NCBI RefSeq assembly: GCF_963921235.1
Contig: NC_086097.1
Location: forward strand, 256,124,001 to 256,188,000
Length of the DNA: 64,000 nucleotides
Direction: 5' to 3'
Origin: Mobula hypostoma
Taxonomy: Eukaryota
The position numbers and the translations under genes were made by a program. This document shows, in pieces, positions 24,776 through 35,789 of the stretch (position 1 is its first letter; each line of letters starts with the position of its first letter). The notes beneath the pieces are model-generated. The model was not told the origin of the DNA. It made no database searches and saw nothing but the letters and a program-made list of their open reading frames with translations.

Positions 24776-27074
24776 TACTTGTGGTGGTGGCATCCGTTAG
24801 ACTCGCGAGACCATGGATCTGCATCTGGAAAGTCTTGCTTCAGTCTGTGTTGGTAGAGCAGTGTCTGTTGTGGCTGTCGAGGCCCACACGGGAGTGACAG
24901 TCTCGGCTGCAGCGACTGCACTTGAAGGCGCTGTCCTCCAGAGTTGTCTTGGTGCTGTTTTCTATCCACGTGCGCATGCACCAGTCGTGCATGCAGCCTG
25001 GTACAGCCATTCCGATCTATTCTTACTTTCTTCTTCTTACTTTTTAATTTACGTTATTTTTTGTATTTTTTTTTTCACGGTAACACGTTGAAGCTGCACC
25101 CTCTCTAACATGCTGGTAGGGAGAGTTTTATTTGGGTTTTTTTGGCGCTGGAAATTACATCCCAACACGCGGGACAGAAGCAAGGTCGCACTGGGTATTC
25201 CATGGACCAGCTAATGCCGGCCGGTTTAGCGAGCAGAGTGGCGGACACCCCTGCTGAAATCCGGAGGAAAACACACAGAGGATGCAGAGGGGGATCACAA
25301 AGCCGAGGAAAGAGGACCGGGTCGAGACAACAGAGACTTTTGGAGAAAAGGAGTTTGGTGGGTAATACCGTTCTGCCTGACCGGAAGTGCACTGAGAGCG
25401 GTAAGCGTAAAGGAGTTGGGTGCTTACTGATCTGGTTAACAACAGATGGTGCAATCCGGACATATTACGGTCGAGGAACGTGTTTGCAGACTGAATATTG
25501 AACTTTTTACTGTTGGACTTCGGCCATATTCCACCGTGATACAACACTTGGCGGCACGGGAGATCGTTTCTGCCTGTGGCCATCGAACGTGCAGCTCCTC
25601 CCATGGAGGGTCAGACACCCTGAGCCAATAGACTGGTCCTGGACTTATTTTCCATCTGGCATAGTTTGCATTTTGTTGTTTGATTGTTGGGGGTTTTTGT
25701 ATTGCTATATTTATGCTCTATTCTTGGTTGGTACGGCTGTAATGAATCGAAATTTCCCTCGGGATTAATAAAGTATATCTATCTATTTATCTATCTTTTT
25801 TTGGCGAGTGCACTTTTCTTCAGCAAGCCCCAGCTTCTCTTCTCCTCTTTTTAGACCTCTGCGTAATTCCAGCCTCCAGTGAAAGCGATTGCTTGCAATG
25901 TCCTCCCACCTCTTGACATTCATGTTCAGTGACTTCATGTCTCTCTTGCAGACATCTTTGAAACGAAGATGGGTCTGTGCTTGTGCTCTTTTGCCGAAGG
26001 CCAGTTCCCTGTACAGCAGGTCTTTCGGGATCCTCCCATCTGACATGCAGTGTACGTGGCCCAGCCAGCGGAGACGGCATTGTTGGAGCAGGGTGAAGAG
26101 GCTGGGTATCTGGGCGCGGGCCAGGACCTCATTGTTGGTGACTCGGTCAGCCCACTTGATGTCCAGGATGCGTCTCAGGCTGCGAAGGTGGAAGGCGTTG
26201 AGACGCCACTCTTGTCTGGAGTAGAGGCTCCAGGTCTGGCTGCCGTAAAGCAGTGTGCTGAGGACGCAGGCCCTGTAGACTGCAACTTTGGTGTGTGCCA
26301 TCAGCTTTCCATTCTCAAAGACTCTCTTTGTCAACCTGGCGAATGTTGAGGCTGCTCGTCCGATCCATCCGTTGATCTCGGGGTCTAGGGAGAGGCTGTC
26401 CGTGATGGTGGAGCCAAGGTATGTAAACTCGTGAACTATCTCCAGCTCATAGTTGCTGATGGTAATGGCAGGGGGGTGCTCAATGCCCTGGCCCAACACA
26501 TTGGTCTTCTTCAGGCTGATGGTCAAGCTGAAGTCCTGGCAGGCTCTTGAGAAGCTGTCCATGAGGCGTTGCAGTTGCTCTTCAGAGTGTGTTGCCAGTG
26601 CCGCGTCGTCTGCAAACAACATGTCCCTGATGAGTACTTCACGAACCTTGGTTTTCGCCCTCAGCTGGGACAGACTGAATAGCCTCCCATCCGATCTGGT
26701 ATGGAGGTAGACACCATCAGCTAATGTTCCAAAGGCGTGCTTCAGCATGACTGTGAAGATGATGCCGAACAGGGTGGGGCCAAGCACACAGCCCTGCTTC
26801 ACACTGCTGCGGATGTTAAAGGCCTCTGAAGAAGAGCCGTCAAACTGAACGACGCCCTTCATGTCTGTGTGGAATGACTGAACTATCCTGAGGAGCCGCG
26901 GGGACAACCAATCCTGGTGAGAATTTTGAACAGGCCGTCTCTGCTCACAAGGTCGAAGGCCTTTGTGAGGTCAATGAAAGCGACGTAGAGTGGTTGTCTT
27001 TGCTCTCTGCATTTCTCTTGTAGCTGTCGAGGGAGAAGATCATGTCGAATGTGGAGCGTTCTGACCTGAAACTG
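24776..27074 (-). mobile_element. RTE LINE (RT C-terminal half) inserted in the Tc1 arm, ~66-bp flanking duplication
   Basis: VKQGCVLGP, MLFADD, FTYLGS, RLRWLGHV, GRIPKDLLY. Duplication at 24710-24775 and 27075-27141. Confidence 0.92.
25015..25785 (+). mobile_element. Internally deleted (bipartite) Rex1-type element inserted in the RTE
   Basis: 5' part PAEIRRKTHRGCRGG and APE remnant (GHITVEERVC..IELFTVGLRPY) joined to a 3' end homologous to 24045-24101 (tcagacaccctgagcc.atag.ctggtcctggacttattt). aataaagtat(atct)n tail. Confidence 0.75.
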
Positions 27075-27877
27075 AATTTAATAAACAACACAAAAAACAT
27101 TATACTTGTTCATTTATTTATTGAGAGAAATGATCCAATATGATCATTTGATACAATACTTGTATTTCTTGGGAAAAAGTAGTGAACCTTTGCTTCAGTA
27201 ACTGGTGTGGCCCCCTTGTACAGCAATAACTTCAATCAAACGTTTCCAGTGACTGTCAATCAGTCATGTACACCGGCTTAGAGGAATTTTAGGCCATTCC
27301 TCCTTACAAAACAGCTTCAGCTCTGGGATGTCGGTCAGCTTCCTTACATGAATTGCTTACCTCAGGGTCTTCCGCAACATTTCTATAGGATTAAGGTCAC
27401 TTTGATTTGGCCATTCCAAAACACGAATTTTCTTTTTTTTAAACCATTCTGCTGTTAATTTAGTCTTGTCTTTCAGAACATTGTCTTGTTGTATTATCCA
27501 ACTTCTATTAAGCATCAGGTGATGGACTGCTACCCTGACATTCTCCTGTAAAATGTCTTGATACAATTTTGAATTCCTTGTTCCCTCAACGATTACAAGC
27601 TGTCCAGGCCCTGAGGCAGTAAAGCAGCCCCAAACCATGATGCTCCCTTCCAATATGCTTCACGGTTGGGATGAAGTTTTGGTGTTGGTGTGCAGTGCCT
27701 TTTCCCCCCAAAGATAGCAATATGTATTTCTGCCAAAAAGTTCAACTTCTACCTAATTTATCCAGAGAACATTGTCCCAAAAGCATTATAGAACATCCAG
27801 GTGGTCTTTTGCAAACTTGAGATGTGCAGCAATGACTTTTTTTTTGGAGAGTAGTGGCTTCTTCTGTGGTGTCTTTC

Positions 27878-28285
27878 CATAAGACCATAAGACTTAGGAG
27901 AAGAATTAGGCCATTCAGCCCATCGAGTCTGTTCCACCATTCCATCATGGTTGATCCCAGATCCTACTCAACCCCATACACCTGCCTTCTTACCATATCT
28001 TTTGATGCCCTGACCGATCAGAAAACGATCAACTTCCATCTTAACTATACCCATGAACGTGGCCTCCACCGCAGTTTGTGGCAGAGCATTCCACAGATTT
28101 GCTATTCTCTGTCTAAAACAAGTCCTCCTTACCTCTGTTCTAAAGGGTTACCTCTCAATTTTGAGGCTGTGCCCTCGAGTTCTGGATACCCCCACCATAG
28201 GAAACATCCTCTCCACATCCACCCTATCTAGTCCTTTCAACATCCAGTAGGTTTCAATGAGATCCCTATGCATTCTTCTAAATTC
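27878..28285 (-). mobile_element. CR1 3' fragment inside the Tc1
   Basis: cataagaccataagac tail plus CR1 C-terminal coding remnant. Confidence 0.85.
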
Positions 28286-29221
28286 TACAGGGTTCACAAA
28301 CTTTCTAGCACCACTGGACCTGCCCCTCCACCCATCTTCATATTTTCTGAGAACTTTGCAACAAAACCAGCAATTTCATTGACATATAACGTAAAAAGAA
28401 TAGGTCTCAACACAGACCTCTGGGGAATACCACTTCTCAGCGGCAGCCAGCCAGAAAAGACTCCTTTTATTCCCACACCTTGTCTTGTGCCAATCAGCCA
28501 CTGCTTTATCCATGCGAGAATCTTTCCTGCCATACCACGGGCTCGTAGCTTATCAAACAGCCTCGCGTATGTCACCTTGTGAAAGGCCTTCTGAAATTCC
28601 AAGTATACAACATTAACCAATTTTCCTTTCTCTATCCTGCTTGCGATTTCTTCAAAGAATTCCAACAGATTTGTCAAGCAAGATTTTCCCTTGAGGAAAC
28701 CGCACTGACTACGACCTATTTTATCATGTACCTCCAAGGTTTGTACATGAAATACAGGGGAGTTCCAAATGCACACTGATCAAAGACAATTGGGAGTAGG
28801 TTTGTAAATGAAAGAGGCCAGCTTCTCTATGGTTAGTAATTAAACAATTTTTCTTGTTCATTTTGATTCAATGGAGGGCTCTGGGTAACCCTAGTAATTT
28901 CTAAGGTAAGGACATGTTTGGCACAACTTTGTGGGCCAAAGGGCCTGTATTGTGCTATAGGTTTTCTGCGTTTCTATGTTTCATAGAATTAAGTGGTGTT
29001 TCCAGGATGCCAGATGTGCTTTCATTCAGTTGACATCAAGCCAAATATCTGTCTACCTCTCAAATGAACTGAAAACATTCCATGACCAAAAAAAGAGATG
29101 AGGAACTTTCCCATTCCCTCAGCCTTCCTTACAGTTTGTGGGATTTTCTGTATAGAAATTGATCGCTATATTTCTCCAAGAAAAAAAAACTATTTGCGCT
29201 GCAAATGTAAATTTCACAGGA

Positions 29222-30965
29222 TATAGAAACATAGAAAATAGGTGCAGGAGTAGGCCATTCGGTCCTTCGAGCCTGCACCGCCATTTATTATGATCATGGC
29301 TGATCATCCAACTCAGAACCCAGCCTTCCCTCCATACCCCCTGACCCCTGTAGCCACAAGGGCCATATCTAACTCCCTCTTAAACATAGCCAATGAACTG
29401 GCCTCAACAGTTTGCTGTGGCAGAGAATTCCACAGATTCACCACTCTCTGTGTGAAGAAGTTTTTCCTAATCTCGGTCCTAAAAGGCTTCCCCTCTATCC
29501 TCAAACTGTGACCCCTCGTTCTGGACCTCCCCAACATCGGGAACAATCTTCCCGCATCTAGCTTGTCCAATCCCTTTAGGATCTTATACGTTTCAATCAG
29601 ATCCCCCCTCAATCTTCTAAATTCCAACGAGTACAAGCCCAGTTCATCCAGTCTTTCTTCATATGAAAGACCTGCCATCCCAGGAATCAATCTGGTGAAC
29701 CTTCTTTGTACTCCCTCTATGGCAAGGATGTCTTTCCTCAGATTAGGGGACCAAAACTGCACACAATACTCCAGGTGTGGTCTCACCAAGGCCTTGTACA
29801 ACTGCAGTAGTACCTCCCTGCTCCTGTACTCGAATCCTCTCGCTATAAATGCCAGCATACCATTTGCCTTTTTCACCGCCTGCTGTACCTGCATGCCCAC
29901 TTTCAATGACTGGTGTATAATGACACCCAGGTCTCGTTGCACCTCCCCTTTTCCTAATCGGCCACCATTCAGATAATAATCTGTTTTCCTATTTTTGCCA
30001 CCAAAGTGGATAACTTCACATTTATCCACATTAAATTGCATCTGCCATGAGTTTGCCCACTCACCCAACCTATCCAAGTCACCCTGCATCCTCTTAGCAT
30101 CCTCCTCACTGCTAACACTGCCACCCAGCTTCGTGTCATCCGCAAACTTGGAGATGCTGCATTTAATTCCCTCATCCAAGTCATTAATATATATTGTAAA
30201 CAACTGGGGTCCCAGCACTGAGCCTTGCGGTACCCCACTAGTCACCGCCTGCCATTCTGAAAAGGTCCCGTTTATTCCCACTCTTTGCTTCCTGTCTGCT
30301 AACCAATTCTCCACCCACACCAATACCTTACCCCCAATACCGTGTGCTTTAAGTTTGCACACTAATCTCCTGTGTGGGACCTTGTCAAAAGCCTTTTGAA
30401 AATCCAAATATACCACATCCACTGGTTCTCCCCTATCCACTCTACTAGTTACATCCTCAAAAAATTCTATGAGATTCGTCAGACATGATTTTCCTTTCAC
30501 AAATCCATGCTGACTTTGTCCGATCATTTCACCGCTTTCCAAATGTGCTGTTATCACATCCTTGATAACTGACTCCAGCAGTTTCCCCACCACCGACGTT
30601 AGGCTAACCGGCCTATAATTCCCCGGTTTCTCTCTCCCTCCTTTTTTAAAAAGTGGGGTTACATTAGCCACCCTCCAATCCTCAGGAACTAGTCCAGAAT
30701 CTAACGAGTTTTGAAAAATTATCACTAATGCATCCACTATTTCTTGGGCTACTTCCTTAAGCACTCTGGGATGCAGACCATCTGGCCCTGGGGATTTATC
30801 TGCCTTCAATCCCTTCAATTTACCTAACACCACTTCCCTACTAACATGTATTTCGCTCAGTTCCTCCATCTCACTGGACCCTCTGTCCCTTACTATTTCT
30901 GGAAGATTATTTATGTCCTCCTTAGTGAAGACAGAACCAAAGTAATTACTCAATTGGTCTGCTAT
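29222..30965 (-). mobile_element. Young 5'-truncated CR1 with uninterrupted RT ORF (546 aa)
   Basis: ORF 29313-30953 has all RT motifs including FADD; (atagaaac)n tail. Confidence 0.96.
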
Positions 30966-31076
30966 GTGATATGTCAGTGATAATAAACCTGTCTTGGATA
31001 GTTCATTGGCTGGGAAGTGTTTGGGATATTGAAATATGATTAAATAGGAAGTTTACCAAAATGTGTTGTTACTAAC

Positions 31077-31146
31077 CTGGAAAAAGTGACAGTACAGTCA
31101 TCAGAGTCCCAACCAGACGGTTCACCGGTGACAAGTAAAACAGAAC
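31077..31146 (-). CDS. AVL9: AVL9 coding exon, 70 nt (VLFYLSPVNRLVGTLMTVLSLFP-G)
   Basis: Minus strand cttttcag|GTTCTGTTTTAC...TTTCCAG|gttagt. Matches AVL9 VLFYISPVNKLVGALMTVLSLFPG and joins in frame to the 536-nt exon. Not in the ORF track. Confidence 0.95.
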
Positions 31147-31269
31147 CTGAAAAGACAGTAGCTGTTTTACCAACTCACTCAAAACAAATGCAACAAATCT
31201 TAAATCATGAACAATCTGTATAATAAATGTAATCGTTTATGCTTTGTCATAGATTAACACTGGCACACC

Positions 31270-32075
31270 TCAGCGGTGTGTGCTTAGCCCACTGCTCTAA
31301 TCCCTCTATACCCATGACTGAGATATAGCTCAAATACCATCTCTAAGTTTGCTGATGATACAACCATTGTTGGTAGAATCAGATGGAGATGAGAGGGTGT
31401 GCAGGAGAAATACCAGCTAGTTGACTGGTGTTGCAGCAATAACCTTGCACTCAATGTCAGTAAGAGGAAAGAGCTAATTATGAACTTCAGGAAGGGTAAG
31501 ACGAGGGAACACGAACCAATCCTCAAAGAGAGATCAGAAGTGTAATGAGTAATTTCAAGTTCCTGGGTGTCAAGATCTCTGAGTATCTAACTTGGTCCCA
31601 ACATATCAATGTAGCTATAAAGGCAACAAGAAAGTGGCTATGTTTTATTAGGAGTTTGAAGAGATTTGGTTTGTCACCTAAACCACTCAAAAACTTACAA
31701 CAGGCTGCTTCACTGTCTGGTATGGGGGTGGGGGAGGGCTACTGAACAGGACAGAAAGCTACAGAAAGTTGTAAAATTAGTCAGCTCCATCTTGGGTACT
31801 AGCCTCTGTAGTACCCAGAATGTCTTCAAGGAGCGGTGCCTCAGAAAAGCAGCATCCATTATTAAGGACCTCCAGCACCCAGGGCATGCCCTTTTCTCAC
31901 TGTTACCATCAGGTAGGAGATACAGAATCCTGAAGACACACACTCAGCGATTCAGGAACAGCTTCTTCCCCTCTGCCATCCAATTCTGAGACTGACATTG
32001 AACCCATGAACACTACCTCACTTTGCTTTTAAAATACATATTACTTTTGTTTATGCACAATTTCTAATCTATTTA
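31270..32075 (+). mobile_element. Rex1/Babar-like RT C-terminal fragment
   Basis: KFADDTTIVG, FKFLGV, HPGHALFSLLPSGRRYR..TQRFRNSFFP. Confidence 0.82.
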
Positions 32076-32089
32076 CAATACAAATTATA

Positions 32090-34835
32090 GCGATTTAAAC
32101 TAATATGGCAGGGGGATGGGAACCAGTATGATAGAACTGAGGATAAGCCAGCAGGTTTACAAGTAGATGATGTAATATGTAATATGAACGCAAGGAAGGA
32201 CAAGCCAATGATTGGGTACAACTGCAGACAGAGCAAAGCATTAGGTTGTACCACAGAGCCAAAATTCATAAGGCAAAGAATACAGGACTGAAGACATTGC
32301 ATTTAAATGGGCATAGCACTCGGAATAAGGTGGACAAATGTGTGGCGCATCACTGAGTCATGGCTGAAAGAAGGTCAAAGTTGGGAGTTTAATATCAAAG
32401 GATATACTTTGTATTGAAAGGACAGGCAGGAAGGCATAAGTGGTGGTGTGGTTTCATTAGTAAGAGGTGGAATTAAAGAGTGACATAGGGCCAGAGAATG
32501 TTGAATCTTTGTGGGTGGAGTTAAGAAACTGTAACAGTAAAAATAACCATTATGAGAATCATAAATAGGACTCCAAATAGTAGCCAAGATGTGGGGTTGA
32601 GATCGCAAAGGAAGCTGATAAAGGTATGTAATAAGGGTGATGTCACAATTGTAATGGGGGACTTCAATATGCAAGGAGATTGGGAAAATCAGGTTGGTGT
32701 CAGATCACAAGACAGAGAATTTGTTGAATGCCTATGAGTTGGCTTCCTAGTGCAGCTTGTGTTCAAGCCTACTAAGGGAAAGGCTATCTTAGATTGGGTG
32801 TTGTGTGATAACCCAGATTTTATTAGTCAGCTTAACACAAAGGAACCCTTAGGAGGAAGTGATTCTAATATGATTGAATTCATACTGCAGTTTGAGAGGG
32901 AGAAGCACATGTTACATGTATCAGTATCGCAATGGAATAAAGGGAATTACAGAGCCAAAAGAGAGGAGCTTGCCGTGGTGGATTGGAGGGGGATACTGGC
33001 AGAGATGATGGCAGAACAGAGGTGGCTGAGGTTTCTGGAAATAATTCACAAGGCACAGGATAGTAATGTCCCACAGAAGAAGTAGTTCTCAAATGGCAGG
33101 GGTAGACAACCATGGCTGACAAGGGAAATCAAGGACTGCATAAAACCCAAGGAAAAAGCATATAAGGTAGCAAAAGTGAGTCGGAGTTGGATGTTTGGGA
33201 AGGTTTTAAAATCCAACAAAAGACAACTAAAAAAGCTATGAGAAGGAAAAAAGTAATATATGAGGGTAAACTAGCCAATAATATATTGGACTATTGGAAA
33301 ATGATGCTGGTGAGGTAGTAATGGGGGACAAAGAAATGGCAGATGAACTTAATAAGTATTTTGCTTCAGTCTTTACTGTGGAAGATACTAGCTGTATGCC
33401 AGAGGTCCGTGAGTGTCAGGAAGCAGGAGTGAGTGCCATTGCTATTACAAAGGAAAAAGTGCATGGTAATCTCAAAAGTCTTAGAATCGATAAGTCACTT
33501 GGACCAGATGGACTACATCCCAGACTCCAGAAAGAGGTTGCTGAAGAGACAAATTTGCAATGGGAATAAAGGGGGCTTTTTCTGGTTGGCTGCCAGTGAC
33601 TAGTGGTGTTCCCCAGGGGTCATTATTTGAACCGTTATTTTTCACATTGTTTGTTAATGATTTAGATAGTGAAATTGATGGCTTTGAGGCAAAGTTTGCA
33701 GATAATACATAGATAGGTGGAAGGGTAGGTAATGCTGAGGAAGCAATGCGATTGCAGTAGGACTTAGACGAGTTGGAAGAATGGGCGAAAATGTGGCAGA
33801 TGGAATTCAGTGTTGGGAAATGTATAATAATGCAGTTTGGTAAAAGGAACTATAGTGCAGACTATTATATAAATGGGCAGAGAATTCAAACATCAGAGAT
33901 GCAGAGGGACTTAGGAGTCCTCGTGCAATACTCCCAGAAGGTTAATTTACAGCTTGAGTCTGTGGTAAAGAAGGCAAATGCAATGTTGGCATTTATTTCA
34001 AGGGGAATAGAATACAAAAACAAGGAGATAATGCTGAAGCTTTATAAGACACTAGTCATGCCATACTTGGAGTAACATCAGCAGTTTTGGCCCTCTTAAC
34101 TCAGAAAGGATGCATTGTCATAGGACAAAGTTCAGATAAGTTTCACAAGGATAATTTGGCAACTTTGGGCTTGTTTGTTGTTCAGCCATTAGGGGAGGGA
34201 GGGGAATGTTGTTAAGTTTGTTGTTCAGTCGTTAAGTCGAGTCCAACTCTTCGCGACCTCATGGACCATAAGGTCCATAGGGTTTTCATGGCAAGATATG
34301 GAATTAGACTGCCAGGCCTTTCTTCCACGCAGATACTGCTGCTGCCCAGGCTGGGATCCTGCTGGGTTTGGACTCAGGACCATTTGCCTTGAGTCCAATG
34401 CTGATGCCACTACACCACCAGCTGGACTTGTACTCATTAGAATTTAACAGAACCCAAAGGGATCTCACCGGAATCCACCAAATGTTGAAAGGACTAGATA
34501 GGGTGGATTTGGAGTGATGTTTCCTATGGTGGGGGTATCCAGCACTAGAGGGCACGGCCTCAAAATTGAGGGATGACCTTTTAGAACATAAGTAAGGAGG
34601 AATTTTTTTTAGTCAAAGACTGGTGAATCTGTGGAATGCTCTGCCACAGACTGCAATGGAGGCCAAGTTCATGGGTATATTCACAGTGGAAGTTGATAGT
34701 TTCCTGAATGGTTGAGATATAGTGAGAGGACAGGTGCATGGGATTGAATGGGATCTGGTATCTGCCATGATAAAATGGTGGAGAGGACTCGATGGGCTGA
34801 ATGGCCTAATTCTGCTCCTATGTCGTATGGTCTTA
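32090..34835 (+). mobile_element. Degenerate, internally deleted CR1 ORF2
   Basis: Fragmented APE and RT motifs in ORFs 32552-34075, ending in a CR1 3' UTR. Confidence 0.88.
34175..34422 (-). mobile_element. tRNA-derived SINE with BovB/Bov-A-like body and tail
   Basis: Minus strand: A-box TGGTGTAGTGG, degenerate B-box GAGTCCAAACCC, then GGCAGTCTAATTCCATATCTTGCCATGAAAACCCTATGGAC...CCATGAGGTCGCGAAGAGTTGGACTCGACTTAACGACTGAACAACAA. Flanked by tgg[g/a]cttgt. Confidence 0.78.
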
Positions 34836-34929
34836 TACTTACTGTTGTAACACCCTGGAAAAGGTTTCACTGCTAACATAATGGTCTTTTTGTAGAAGCA
34901 GTGTTCGGGTTATGGTCAGAGATAATAGG

Positions 34930-35548
34930 AGACGAACAACAAGCACCTCTGCTCCGTCCACCACAACAGACCAGATCTTCCAGTTGCCACCCACTTCAAC
35001 TCTGCTTCACGTTCCCATTCGGATATGTCCATACATGGCTTCCTCTATTGCCATGATGAGGCCAAACTCAGGTTGGAGGAGCAACACCTCATATATTGTC
35101 TGGGTAGTCTCCAGCCTCTTGGCACGAGCACTGAATTCTCCAACTTCAAGTAATTCTCTCCCCTTCCTTTCCCCCATCCCAGTTTCACTCTGCCCCCTCC
35201 TCCAGCTGCCTATCACCTCCCTCATGGTTCCGCCTCCTTCTACTACCCATTGTGCTTTCCCCTATTCTTTCTTCACCTTTCCTGCCTATCCCCTCCCTGC
35301 TTCCCCTCCCCCACCCCTTTATCTTTCCCCTTACTGGTTTTTCACCTGGAACCTACCAGCCTTCTCCCTCCCACCCTCATCCCACCTTCTTTATCGGGCC
35401 CCTGCCTCCTCCCTCTTCAGTCCTGACGAAGGGTCTCGGCCCGAAACGTTGACGGTTTGTTTCCACGGATGCTGCCCGACCTGCTGAGTTCCTCCAGCGT
35501 GTTGTGCGTGTTGCTTTGATCCCAGCATCTGCAGAGTATTTTGTGTTT
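34930..35548 (+). mobile_element. Penelope-like element 3' fragment (GIY-YIG C-terminus plus 3' region)
   Basis: DLPVATHFNS..HSDMSIHGFLYCHDEAKLRLEEQHLIYCLGSLQP. Confidence 0.88.
35418..35455 (+). ncRNA. Minimal type I hammerhead ribozyme motif (Penelope-associated)
   Basis: CAGTC-CTGACGA-A-GGGT(CTCG)GCCC-GAAA-CG-TT-GAC; stem II intact. Confidence 0.75.
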
Positions 35549-35775
35549 ACCAGATTCCCATGAGTGAGGCTGACAAAGAGAAGATGTCATTTATATGTCC
35601 ACTGGGATTCTTTCAGTTTGAAAGGGTGCCAGGACATATCGGGAACCCCCGCAACCTTCCAGCATGTCATGGAAAAAATGGTGGGGGATATGAACTTTCT
35701 GAGGTATTGGTGTATCTGGATGACCTCACAGTGTTTGAATCCACCTTGGAGGAACATGAAGCGAGGCTACTATTG
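35549..35775 (+). mobile_element. Relic Gypsy RT fragment (different family from 13861-18078)
   Basis: QIPMSEADKEKMSFICPLGFFQFERVP...PATFQHVME...VLVYLDDLTVF. Confidence 0.8.
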
Positions 35776-35789
35776 CTGCTGGGCATTAA

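Larger units (their letters stand above)
24595..28316 (-). mobile_element. Degenerate Tc1/mariner DNA transposon with nested insertions
   Basis: Terminal inverted repeats gtggtgctagaaagtttgtgaa.cctgtagaatt (24597-) and aattctacagggttcacaaactttctagcaccactg (28281-28316). TA on the left. Transposase C-terminus GSIMVWGCF...QQDN...EWP.QSDLNPIE at 27357-27653. Confidence 0.88.
22415..28740 (-). mobile_element. Old CR1 split into 22415-22531, 24311-24594 and 28317-28740 by later insertions
   Basis: The three pieces are collinear CR1 RT sequence across the Rex1 and Tc1 insertions. Confidence 0.8.
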
